Assembly: GCA_030167865.1 (NCBI GenBank)
Contig: JALAGF010002968.1
Coordinates: 62,001 to 82,137, forward strand
DNA: 20,137 nucleotides
Direction of reading: 5' to 3'
Source: Craspedostauros australis
Taxonomy: Eukaryota
Shown: piece after piece, positions 1 through 10,805 of the stretch
Position numbering within the stretch: position 1 is the first letter of the stretch
Layout of the letters: the number at the start of each line of letters is the position of its first letter
The notes under the pieces: generated by a model
What the model was told of the DNA's origin: nothing
Databases searched by the model: none
Seen by the model: the letters and a program-made list of their open reading frames with translations, nothing else
Made by a program: the position numbers and the translations under genes

Positions 1-550
1 ATAGGACAGCGTGGAGCGCGACAACCAAGCGGAGTTGAGAGTGTGCAAGGCCGTGGCATAACAGGAGGCGACATCTGCAGAGACCGTCGAAGCACCCAAC
101 ACCGAAGGGGCTGTGTTGTGAGAATCATTAAGTCGAGTAGATCGTTCGGCACTTTCAGGAATGAACCAGTCTATTGGCCGGCCGAGTCACAGTCTCAATC
201 TCGTGCGTTTCGGACATCCCTCAATGTGATACACGGGATACTCCGTGGTGCTGTTTGGTGTAATAGTTGCAGATCTGTTCCTGTTCCTGTTGTCGCTGCT
301 GCCGCTGCTGCTGGCACGAGGGCGATCAATGCATGAGTATTGATTGGGTGCTGGCCACGAACGGTGATGTCCATCTTCACTGGCGAGGAGAGTATCAATG
401 GTGATACTCCAACACAAGAGGGATTGGACGGCATGCGGTGTCACCCTTGTGTGATTCAATCCCAGGCCCCAAGTCTTTCTCACGTCGGCGATCACGCCAT
501 TCTCAACATCTCCGTTGGACACCTGGTGCGCGGAACCCCTTGTCGTCATG

Positions 551-688
551 GTTGATGTTGATGTTGACGTTGACGTTGGTGTTCCAGGTACTTGCGAGCG
601 GTGACTGTGGTGCCGCTGACGGTCGCTCTTGCGTCAACGTCAACGGCAACGGTATCTGACCTGCATCAACACCAACGCCAACACCAAT
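551..688. repeat. Degenerate hexamer arrays in inverted orientation: (GTTGAY)n at 551-580 and (RBCAAC)n at 633-650 and 665-688
   Basis: Read directly; 557-575 is the reverse complement of 632-650 at 17/19 positions. Confidence 0.75.
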
Positions 689-1560
689 ACCACCAGGCAT
701 CCATGCACATGCAGACCATTTGGCGCGAACGACAGATTTTGTGAGAGACGAACTTTTGGGTTGACCGAGGCGCGTGTTGTTGTTGGTCCTTGGGCGCGTG
801 ATCGAAGGAATTCATGAATCAAATTCCCTAATTGCGACAGTGTTGCGACACTGAAGGGCCCATCTCGGTTCGTTTTTGTGTCATGCAAGTACAGCCCGGG
901 AAGGGGTTCTGGCTTCGCAAGACCGAGGTTCGATGCGCTTCTTGGTCCAAATACCATCGAGTACGAGAACGCCACGCGAGTATGGCGCCATGCCGGGTTG
1001 GACTGTTTCTTGTGTGATCCCACGGTGAACGTTTGACACGACCTGGCACCCCAATCCTTCACAGAGTTACCAGGTTGCCGCGCACGTTCCGCAAGTACGC
1101 GTATTTGCGCGTGCACTCCGCTGTCTGTGTGACACGCAAGACTTCCCACGGATGCAAACAACGCGCGTGTCAGCAAACACCCACTACTGACAGTCCCCCT
1201 TGGCGTTCGCCGGAAGCGTTGATGGTGTTCGAGAAGGGTCAGGGCCTGCGCCTGTAAGTTTGAAACCTGTGAGCTGCTCGTACACATCCGTCGTGACGCA
1301 CCCAAGGACTGCCCAGGCCGCTCTTGACTTCATCGCACATCACATCGACGAATCAGCGGGAACGTCCTTTTGTCGTGTTTCGATGCGATACATTCGCATC
1401 GTGTCAGGCGATCTCACAAAATCAACTTGCACCAACTATCAGTCATCAGCCGTAGAAGCAATTGGAACCAACAAGTATTCATAAATCATCAACATCGAAC
1501 TCATCAACCACCTCATCAACGGTTCCATCATCCACAACGACACAACGACACAACAACACA

Positions 1561-2232
1561 ATGACACCGCAAGCATCACAAATCACAATGGAATTCAACA
1601 ACACTGGAAGCAGCAGCATGAGTTCATCCTGCAAATCCGTCCAGTTCAAATCCACCATCCGCGTACGCCGCATCGAGCGCTTGGACGCAGCCCTGTGGTA
1701 CTCGCCTCAAGAGGTTCGGGCATTCCGACAGGAAGATGCGCAGATCGTCCACCTCATGAATCACAATGTGATCACGCCGAGGATGGAGGACGAGTTCGAT
1801 GAGTACTGCACAAGAGGACTCGAATCCAGAACGTGCTCCGGCCTGCGAAGGAAGCAGCGCAACCGCCTGCACGCATCCCGCACGGTGATGGAGGAGCAGG
1901 AGGATCAGTTCATCGAGCGGATGGCGGACGCAGACTTCCTTGCGGATCTGTACGCCTCGGTATCAGCCCATGCCCAAAAGGAGGCACGGCAGATGGCATT
2001 GAAGGACGAGAAGTACGTCCGAGCACTTGACACCAATTCCAGTGCCAACATCACTGTCAATGCCAACACAAGCAACAGAACGAAGAACGGAGGTCTCCTG
2101 AGACGCGCTGTCCGCGCCGCAAAGAACGCCAAGAAGCATTACAGCAGCAGGGACAAGACAACACCAGCAGCCCCAGAGACCCAGCAGCTCGACGATCTAA
2201 TCCACAGAAGAGTCGCAGGAAGCGCAGCTTAG
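1561..2232 (+). CDS. Uncharacterised single-exon protein (223 aa) of the diatom 'VxF...WYS...RGLE' type
   Basis: The first in-frame ATG is at 1561 (the ORF track starts at a TTG at 1462; an alternative ATG lies at 1588) and the stop is TAG at 2230-2232. The motif order KSVQF...LWYSPQE...CTRGLE...VMEEQEDQ...LADLY...ARQMALKDE matches a pattern I recall from many hypothetical diatom proteins (not searched). It has a CAA-rich leader and an AT-richer 3' flank. Confidence 0.8.
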   Translation: MTPQASQITMEFNNTGSSSMSSSCKSVQFKSTIRVRRIERLDAALWYSPQEVRAFRQEDAQIVHLMNHNVITPRMEDEFDEYCTRGLESRTCSGLRRKQRNRLHASRTVMEEQEDQFIERMADADFLADLYASVSAHAQKEARQMALKDEKYVRALDTNSSANITVNANTSNRTKNGGLLRRAVRAAKNAKKHYSSRDKTTPAAPETQQLDDLIHRRVAGSAA

Positions 2233-3754
2233 GTGGAAATGCAGAGAGTGCGAAAGATGATGTAATAGAAGAAAGTGTAGAAAGGCGAAAGCAACCAAAA
2301 TGCACTTGGGGGAGCTGCTGGAATTGCCTTGCGCGAAGGCAACCAAGCATAATCATATATTCTAATATATAATAATACAATTGTCCAAAGCATAACAACA
2401 ACAACAGCAACAACACTAGAACACTGTACATTCTTATTACGCCAGGAGTTAGCATCGCACGTGCCAAACCCCAGTGAAGACATGAGGGATGCTACGCTGT
2501 CCGATCAAAGAGACATCGCGCGTGATACGAGCCACGAGTCGATCGTCCAGATGGCGTGGAAGTGTGAGATGGCACAAGAGTAACTTGGTTCGGTATCATA
2601 GGCTACGACGCTGTCACACGATTGCACTTGGCGTGCCGAGCCTGCGTGCTGTTATGATGAAGCAATGGGAAACACATGTATTCACTATGGCACTCGAGAA
2701 CACAAATACTTATCGATACGACATTGTTGTTCGTCGCTCCAATCTATTTGCATGGATCGCACATAACCGATCCGAGTTGTCGGAGCGTTGGGTGGAGCTT
2801 TCGAAGTTCATTGAAGTATGCAAAAGCTCTCCAGGCTGGCGTCACGTCGCGATTTTTCTATCCGTATTTACGGCGAATCATGTGGACCTCGTACACGTCA
2901 CACGTAAGAGGTTGCGTCGCCTGTCTGTGTTGTCGTGATTGCCGATTTCTCGCTGCGTCACGACATGTGTGGTTCGGAGCGTGTCGTCTCGTCGTGTCGT
3001 TCGCGAGTCCTTCTGGCGCGCCCAATCGTCCGCCTTAGATCCGACGAAGAGAGAACAGGGTGGCAGCAGCCACGACGAAGAAGTGCCACCACAACCGCAA
3101 CAAACAAGGGAAACAAGAACAGCGACGACAACGCTCTCGGCGCAACCGTACGTAACTGCAGCAACTGCAACATCCAACGACAAAAAGGCCAGCAAGACAC
3201 AAACCTACAAGGGAAGACGCACGAAGGACACAGACACACAGAGAGCCAGCGACAAGGAGACAGAGACAGACAGTCACAACCAGGAGTCGACCGTGCACCT
3301 GATTCCCCAAGCGAAGCCATTCAACCCAACACCAACAAGAGGAAACATCCCAAGGGGACCATCCTCCCATCAACGAAACAGGCAGACGACAACGTCCGCA
3401 TCATCTTCCTCATCGACGACCTGTTGCGATCGTGGTCCCAAGTTTGCTGCTGCCTTTCCCAATTGAAGAGGACAAGCGCGACGGTATCCTCCAACAAAGC
3501 GGGTTCCAATCACAAAGAAATTTCTTGTCTCTTCGTCTCCCTCTCGTATCCCGCACGTGTGTGTGAGTGTTCAGACAAGGATAGAAAAGAGACGACCAAC
3601 GCAAAAACAAGACAGAGAGAGAAAGAGCAGCAGCAGCAGTAGTACGACACGCAGCAGCAAACAGAAACAACACAGTCGAAAAAGGTGGCGCAAGAAAACT
3701 GCCCAACACCGACACGGAACCACAGCAACAACAACAACCGCAGCTGTGGTGCAT

Positions 3755-3882
3755 CAATAGCAATAGCACCAGCAATAGCAATAGCACCAGCAGCAAATAC
3801 GACAGCCTGAGACCCTCGACCTCTCCATCAAAACTATTCTTCCCACTCGCAGCCCCCAACACGAATAGGCAACACGAATAGG
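3755..3882. repeat. Short tandem duplications: (CAATAGCAATAGCACCAG)2 at 3755-3790 and (CAACACGAATAGG)2 at 3857-3882
   Basis: Read directly from the sequence. Confidence 0.9.
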
Positions 3883-4216
3883 TAGCACTCATTCTCGGTA
3901 GGTTCAGCAGCTTGGGAAAGCGAACGTGCTTGAGGCACCAACAGCACGTGCTTTTGTGATCGAAGCAACCAACCAAGTTGTGCGGCAAACACCATACACC
4001 AGAGGACATCAGAGGACAGCAAAGGAGAAGAGCAGAGCACAACAGAACATACCATCTGATCTGATCGGCATACTCTCCATCATAGCCCGTACTCCACCAC
4101 TGCTTGAGGGGCGTCAGCGAGATCAGTGGAAGAGTCCGCTGCGATCCCCGACACTCTCGTCTCTTGAGCCGCGTTGCCGCAGGAAAGGCACAATCCATCA
4201 TCAGACGCGCCGCAAC

Positions 4217-4366
4217 GTAGGTGCTCATACTTCCCATTCTCATTGCATTGCATTGCATTACATCATTCTGCTCTACTCTGCTCTGCTATATTTGCTCTAC
4301 ATTGAATCGCATCAACCAACGCACGAACGCACATCTCATCCAAAATATCGGTACTCTGATCAACAG
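4217..4366 (+). other. Putative 5'-UTR intron of the AP2 gene (150 nt)
   Basis: Donor-like GTAGGT at 4217, a pyrimidine-rich interior with (CATTG)3, branch-like CTGAT at 4356-4360, and an acceptor CAACAG ending 5 nt before the ATG at 4372. There is no frame constraint to confirm it. Confidence 0.45.
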
Positions 4367-4371
4367 CAATC

Positions 4372-7300
4372 ATGAGCGCAAGAGTGAAAAGTGACTTCGA
4401 GACTCCGGACAGGAAGAGGAAAGGTCGCATCGGAGGCGTGCTCTCGGTGTCATCAGGTCTCGGGAGGGAGGAGGAGAAGAAGGATTCATCTTCGGAGGAA
4501 AGCCACACCAGCATGAAAACACCCAACACAGTGTCACCACCGGATTCCACAACGCGAGACACGACCAGCGCCAGAAGCACCAAGGGCCTGTACCGACAGC
4601 CGCACCCCCAGCATGAAGTAGCCAGCCTTGATGATCAACATGACCACGAGCATGAACATGAACATGAACACGAGCATTCGGGGCGTCATCACAAGCTCAA
4701 AACCGCACGAATCAAACTGGAACCACCGTCGCCGCTTCACGGATTCTCGGATCATGACAAGCAGGTGCGGTTCAATGCCGCGCAGGCAACCCCGGATCAT
4801 GGCAGCACCATCCAGTCCCCAACGATATCACTCTCGTCGAATGGCGGGGCCAGTACGCCAGGGAAGAGAGGCGTCGTTTCGAGGAGAGGTGGGAGGATGG
4901 CGTCACCAGTTAGGCTACCGTCGCACACCGTCTCATCGAAGCAACAGCAAGCAGCAGTGATGGAGTTCAAAACATTCCGAAGCCCACCGCGGAGACGCGA
5001 TGAGAGTGACACGGTACCTTCCCTGTGTTCCACAGGCAGCAATCTCGATAAGAAGAAGAGCAACGGACGACGCAAGAGAACAGACGGGGATGGAGCGGCA
5101 GCGCTGTCAGTAGAGGCGATGCCAGCTCTGGCGTCACCATCAGCGGCCACGCCAGTGAGGACGACGAAGGATAAGGCGAGCGCCGACTCATCTGACTCTG
5201 CCGTTGCGGAGGGAAAGCCATTGTCGATATCATGCGACGCATCCAAGGCGGACACGACGAGTCCGCTGAAACCTGAAGCAGCGGACCGCAGCGGCACATC
5301 CGAAGCTGAAGCTGAAACCTCTTCTGAAATAAACGCACAAGACGACACACGTGCAGCAGCAGCAGCAGCGAAAAAGCCAAAACCCAACAGGGCAATATCC
5401 CCTGGTCCAGCAGAGCGAGAGATCGAACTGAAGGTGCGTCATGATTGTGAGATCTCGGCTTGGACACATGAGCGTTGCAATGCTGTATGCCACCATGCTA
5501 TGCATTTGGGTTTGCTTTGACTTGACGAAGCCAGAAGATGTCATTTCATCATCGACACGACAAGTGGGGGATGATGTCGATCTTGGAGTCTTCCATTGTG
5601 CACATAGGAATGCGTGCATGAAAGGAAGTGTCTGTTCACCAACCGGACAATAACAGCGGCGGCAGTAGCCGTGGGATCATCGTGCGGATACTGCCAATGT
5701 AAACAATCCTGTCATTCGTGCTTGCTTTACCAACTTCCTTCTCGTCTGATCCCATCCCATTCTCCACCAACTGTCTCCATCACCACCATCAATTCAATGT
5801 GTACTCAAACCTGCTGCTACTCTGCCGCGCTCTACTGCAATTAAAACTCACTGAATGCGCAGCCGTTGAAAACACCAACGAGATCTCCGGTCAGTGGTGG
5901 TCGATTTCAGGTTCTTCCCTCGTTGGAAGATGCTGGGCTTCGATCACCTGTGGGGCTATTCCTTTCGCCGCATCCTCCCACCCCGTCTTTTCGGAATCTG
6001 GAGGAATCGTCATCGTTCGAAAATACGGAAGAACTAAAGGCTGATCTCGACAGCGACCGTTTCGCGAAGAAGCACGCGTACGAGAGATCTCCCAAGCTAC
6101 TGAGGGATCAGGAGAGAGAAAGGCTCCTTTCCACGCCGACGGACTTCACGACGGATTTCGGCAAGATACCAAACACAGCAGGCTCGTTTGAAAATTCAAA
6201 TGGTGAGTGCCTGCGAATAAGGAACCCTGGTGGACGTGCGTTATGGTTGACACATTGGTACTGCGAGTGTACACTCGATTCACTCCTCTTCGTGGCGTGT
6301 GGTCAAGCCATTTCTCACAGTGCATTCTTTGTTTTTATGCCTCTGCTCTTGATCACGCGATTCCAAATCATGCAATGGTTTCTGTTACCGTGTTGTGCTG
6401 TGCTGTGCTATGATACGTACGTCATACTTCCCACTTTCGTTATGATGCAGTCCTGGCATGGTTACAGTCACCAACGGCACATGGACTGTTCTCCCCTGGA
6501 GGGCTGGGCTCCATCATGAACACCCCAAGAGCACCAACATCCATGACCGAAACCAGGACGCCGAGAACGCCCACCGTCAACACCTCATTCTTCTTCTCCG
6601 ATGTCGCCGGTCTACCAAAGCACAGCGATATGTCTCCCAAGCCAGATGCCGACAGCAAGAGAGCATCGCAACGGGGGCTCCCCAACATCATTTGCATATC
6701 ACCGTTGGCCTCGTCCAGGAACAAGAATGGCATCTCGCAAACAATCAACACGCCGACCAACTTCCAAGACCTCCCGTCGCCTCTTGGCAAGGGACGCGGA
6801 CTGTCGATTTTGGTGGATACGCCCGTGAAATCGAGTCGGGGAAAGGCTGCGTCATACAACAGCAGCAGCAAGGACCTGAGCCTTGACGCGGTGCACCTGG
6901 CTGAGAAAGATCTCATGGAAGACGAGGATCTCAGCGTGCTCATGCAGCTGGCATCGAGCACGCCGAGGCCTGAAGGGGAAAGAGCAGTCGCCGTCTCGAC
7001 GTCCGACGGCACCCACGTCTTCCGATCTCCCGAGGGGCGCAAAAACGGCGCTGGCGTGGACGAGAATTTACCTGCGCTTCAACTGCCGGTGATCGATGGA
7101 AAGGACTCGCAACTCAACGTCGCCGCTAGATTGTCACGCAAACCTCTGTCGCGGGACGCTTCGGAGAAGGACGACCAGTTCAACCCGCCATCGCTCAGCA
7201 TGAGGTCCAATTCCTCCGGCGGTCGCGAGAAGGACGCTTATCACATGTTGGCGAAGGGAATGAAGCCGGTGGCCAAAGAAGCGTCAGATCGAGGGCGCGA

Positions 7301-8261
7301 CCTTAAGCGAAAGGCGGCCTCGAAGACGGAAACAAGTAAGAAGATGATGAAGAAGGCCCCTGCTGTGGCCGCTGCTCCGACAGCCGTTCATCCAGGGCCG
7401 CCTGTGTACTCAATGCCACCACCACAGCATTATCCGCACCATGCTGACGTCCCTGCGTACTACTCGCATCTACCGCCGGGAATGCCGCGCGGAGGTAGCA
7501 TGAGGGTGGTCGTGGGTGCCATGCCACCCGCGAGGAAGACCGGAGCAACACCGCCTCGAACTTTCTCTATGGGACCAGGTGACTATCCCACGCCTCATCA
7601 TTTCGCGCCACCGCCACCCCACGGTCGCTTCCCGCATCCGCATCCTTCGCACATGCATGCAAGGCATCCGTACTATCCGCCGCCGCATGCACATCACAGG
7701 CCGCCGCCGCCGCGCATGCCTCTGTATGGCGGACAGCACACGAACCCACCGAAGAGCAAGTTGGTCAAGAAAACCACGAAGGCAGTAAAGCACACCAAGA
7801 CGACCAAGCGAGCTGCCTCCGCAGGCACGTCCAGTAAGGCAAACGGGACGACGAAGAAGACCAAGAAATCGCCGTCGCATGGCAAGAAGAAGAACAAATC
7901 ACCGCAGCTTGCGGATGGCGCCGAGCGCAAGAAGGCCGCTGCCACGATCCAGGCTGTGAATGCCGCCAGCGGCGGAAAGAACGACCGTGCTGCAGCTCTC
8001 GCGGCTGCTATTCTACGCGGAGTGACCATGCGCCCGTCCGGGAAGTGGCAAGCCCAGTTGTACTTTTCGGGCAAGTCCAGATACATCGGTGTCTTCGACA
8101 CGCGCGAAAAGGCAGCGTTGGCTTACGAGATTGCGAGAGAGAAACTTAAATCGGAAAAATCAACGGCTGAAGGTGGTCAGCTCAGCGCGAAGGCCACCGA
8201 CGCTGCTGTCAACGCGGCCAGGAAGGCGGCCTTCGATGGTGTCAATGAGAAGCAAAAGTGA
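4372..8261 (+). CDS. AP2/ERF-domain transcription factor, 3 exons, 1070 aa
   Basis: Exons are 4372-5433, 5863-6202 and 6451-8261 (3213 nt, frame preserved). Introns are 5434-5862 (GTGCGT...GCAG, phase 0) and 6203-6450 (GTGAGT...GCAG, phase 1). The junctions read ...IELK|PLKTPT... and ...FENSN-V-LAWLQSPT.... The C-terminal AP2 domain RGVTMRPSGKWQAQLYFSGKSRYIGVFDTREKAALAYEIAREKL lies at ~8016-8150, preceded by Pro/His-rich and Lys-rich (NLS-like) segments. Confidence 0.88.
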
Positions 8262-8828
8262 AGCCATTGGCCTAGATGGACGTCTCAGGATGCACTCTTC
8301 CTATCAGGAACACACATTCCCTCGGGTTTCCGTGGCTGCGCACGATAACCGATGCAGCTGCTGCCACAAACACCATGTCATAATACGACTATAAAGATGC
8401 ATTCGCACAGAGAACCCGATGCTCCGTTTCAAACTGCTGTTCTCTTGCTCTCGTAGTTATTGTATGTGCCAGTCCCAGGACCTTCAAAAGTGCGTGTGCG
8501 TGTGCTATTTTTATTTTGCCCTATTGAGCTATCGTTGTGGATACTTACTAATGCTAGGGTACTCTACGACAACTAGCTCGTAGATTCTGGTCCAGAAAGG
8601 AGGCGCACTCATCAGGTGCTCAGTACTCTTGAGGTACATACATGCAGGCTCTCTGCAGGCCTTTGCTGGTGAACAGTCCACCAGCAAGTGAGCCGAACAG
8701 TCTGTCTCCTCGTACGAGTAGCACAAAGCGCAATGGGTTACATGATTCCTGGATGATATTGTACAAGTGCGTAATGAGGATGGAAGCGGAGAGACATTGA
8801 ATTATTCTTCACTACCCTCTCTCCCTCT

Positions 8829-10805
8829 CTAGACCGTCAAGGTCGATGAAGTGTCGAGCTGCGTGTACTGGTATTGCCTTGAGCTGCGACCGAAGAAGAC
8901 TCGGTATATGCCGTACCCCAAGAAAGCAACAAAGATGAAGGGGATGAAGTTTGTGCCTCCACGGCCGTGAGATTTGTGGTTGTGGTTGTTGCTGTTTTGA
9001 CCGTTGGTGTTGCCACCACTCGCTGGAACGAAAGACGATGAAGAGTTCGGTGGAGGAGCATTGTTCGTGGCGCCGGCGTCACCGTCACCGCCAGCAGCGT
9101 TAGAAACCTCCGCGTTGGTTGCTACAGCCTCGGCTGATGCTTCGGTCGCTGGTTCCGTGGTTTGCGATGGATCCGTGGGTAGGGTAAGCGAAGAGTCGAA
9201 GGTGCGGAATCCGCTGTACGACACGTCGTTGTCCTGCGCGGAACCAAGCTGGGCAAAGCTGGATGGTGTCGATATGTCAGTATCTATCAGCGAATCAGCA
9301 TGCGAGACGACGTAGTCGTCGTCAATGTCGACGCCTTGCCAGTTGTGATCCGGCAAGGTCGAAGGATCTGGGAATACTTCCACGAAGCCCATGTCATCGA
9401 CAGTGCGTTCGGCGATCTCGTGGCACGTTCCGTACAGATCCTCCGAATTGATCAGGGGATCTGGGACGGATGGGATCCATCCTTCGTCCAGACCGCGCAG
9501 GAAGTCCCACTCCGCGAAGGCGCCGCCCTCCGTCTTGAGCGTCCAGTAGAACCAACCGCTGGAGACGCCGCTTGATTTGGCCTCGTACGTGACCATCTGC
9601 GCCTGTACGAAGTTGAGCAGGAAATCTTTGCGCGATTGCGGGATCTCTCGATCCAGTTCAGGCGCCTTGCCATCTGTGGCAATGCCCTTCATGACATCAC
9701 CCAATTTGGCCACCACCAACGTGTCGAACGACGCGCTCCACTCGCTGACGATCCTTGAGATGCCAGCCGACGCTTGCGTATTGTAAGGGTAGTCCTCGTA
9801 GCAGCAGGCCGTCGTGTCGCGCGAATTGCGACCGCAGACGTAGGCGATGTGCTGCTTCGGACTGAGTGCCCTGGGTTCCTGCGCGAAGACGTGGTAGTAA
9901 TGCGAATCCAGATAAGTGTTGGTGTACTTCGTGTCGTCGATCCAGTATCCATCGTTCCATTTGGTGGCGTTGAACATGTCACCGATGTAGATGGAGGTGT
10001 CGTCTCCGAGCGTCTCTCTCACGGAATCGAACGCGAGCCTGTTGAATTCCCGAACGACGTTGGGATCGCAGTCAATGAAGGGTTCGTTCAAGATGCCGAT
10101 TCCAGTGATGACATCACCGAGCGCTTCCTCGTGGATGACTTTGATGACATCCTGCACGATGGTGAGGCTGCGACCGACGTTGTCGGGCCACTCGCTCCAT
10201 CCCGCGCAAGTTGGGTCTCCCGGAAGAAGCTGTCCCGAATTGTCGAATCCATTCTGGCTTCCGGGGGCGGTGTGGATGTCGGGCCACACCTGGATGCCAG
10301 CCTCTCGACACCAGACAACGAACCTGGTGAAGTAGGGCCAGCCGCCTTCCACCCACGGTTCTCCCTCCTCGATGCTGCCGAGGATCCAATGGGGCAGAGG
10401 CACTCGGACGTGAGTGACGCCTGCCTGCTTGATCTTCTGCACATCCTCCTGCGTGACGAAGGTATCCCAATGGCGTTCGAAGTACTTCCTGGCGATCTTC
10501 TTGGAATCGAAGCTCGATGCCAGGGTGTATTCGTCCGTGGGGTAGTCCTTCTCTCCTGTCGCGGATTCGATGAGATGCGGGGTGCACTTGGTGAGATCGC
10601 ACAGCTCATGCTCGATCGGCGCATCGATCTGTCCTGGATACCGGCACAGACTGCCCTGCAAGTGGCACGAGTTGACGGCGAAGAAGTACGGAACGACGAA
10701 ACGCTCCGCCAGCAGCCAACCGCCGATGTTCACACCGCGGATCCAAGATCTGGCAGCTTCGCCGGCATCGGCGCCTCCATTTGCGTTTGCGGTTGAGGTG
10801 GGCAT
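8829..10805 (-). CDS. Glycoside hydrolase family 5, glucan 1,3-beta-glucosidase (exo-1,3-beta-glucanase)-like, with C-terminal transmembrane anchor
   Basis: Motifs are RGVNIGGWL, HVRVP, DIHTAPGSQNGFDNSG, ILNEP (acid/base Glu), DSHYYHVF, VSEWS (nucleophile Glu) and WFYWTLK. A Ser/Thr/Ala/Asn-rich linker follows, then the hydrophobic helix FIPFIFVAFLGYGIYRVFFG. The first in-frame ATG is at 10805 (658 aa), but the frame is open further upstream, so the true start is uncertain. Confidence 0.9.
   Translation of the reverse strand: MPTSTANANGGADAGEAARSWIRGVNIGGWLLAERFVVPYFFAVNSCHLQGSLCRYPGQIDAPIEHELCDLTKCTPHLIESATGEKDYPTDEYTLASSFDSKKIARKYFERHWDTFVTQEDVQKIKQAGVTHVRVPLPHWILGSIEEGEPWVEGGWPYFTRFVVWCREAGIQVWPDIHTAPGSQNGFDNSGQLLPGDPTCAGWSEWPDNVGRSLTIVQDVIKVIHEEALGDVITGIGILNEPFIDCDPNVVREFNRLAFDSVRETLGDDTSIYIGDMFNATKWNDGYWIDDTKYTNTYLDSHYYHVFAQEPRALSPKQHIAYVCGRNSRDTTACCYEDYPYNTQASAGISRIVSEWSASFDTLVVAKLGDVMKGIATDGKAPELDREIPQSRKDFLLNFVQAQMVTYEAKSSGVSSGWFYWTLKTEGGAFAEWDFLRGLDEGWIPSVPDPLINSEDLYGTCHEIAERTVDDMGFVEVFPDPSTLPDHNWQGVDIDDDYVVSHADSLIDTDISTPSSFAQLGSAQDNDVSYSGFRTFDSSLTLPTDPSQTTEPATEASAEAVATNAEVSNAAGGDGDAGATNNAPPPNSSSSFVPASGGNTNGQNSNNHNHKSHGRGGTNFIPFIFVAFLGYGIYRVFFGRSSRQYQYTQLDTSSTLTV

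Noticed and set aside
43..1484. Numerous 60-220 aa ORFs in the first 1.5 kb
   Set aside because: They show no motifs, mostly non-ATG starts and no coherent exon chain. I treated this as intergenic/promoter sequence, though a divergent gene cannot be excluded.
3755..3882. Short direct repeats considered as a CRISPR-like array
   Set aside because: There are only two adjacent copies of each, with no spacers and no cas genes, in a eukaryotic context.
2489..4258. ORFs of 105-282 aa on both strands between gene 1 and the AP2 gene
   Set aside because: They are low-complexity translations of an A/C-skewed, stop-poor region with no domain-like content.
9774..10796. 340-aa + strand ORF and other long ORFs antisense to the GH5, AP2 and SufD genes
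   Set aside because: These are shadow ORFs produced by GC-rich codon bias of the real gene on the opposite strand. They have no recognisable motifs.
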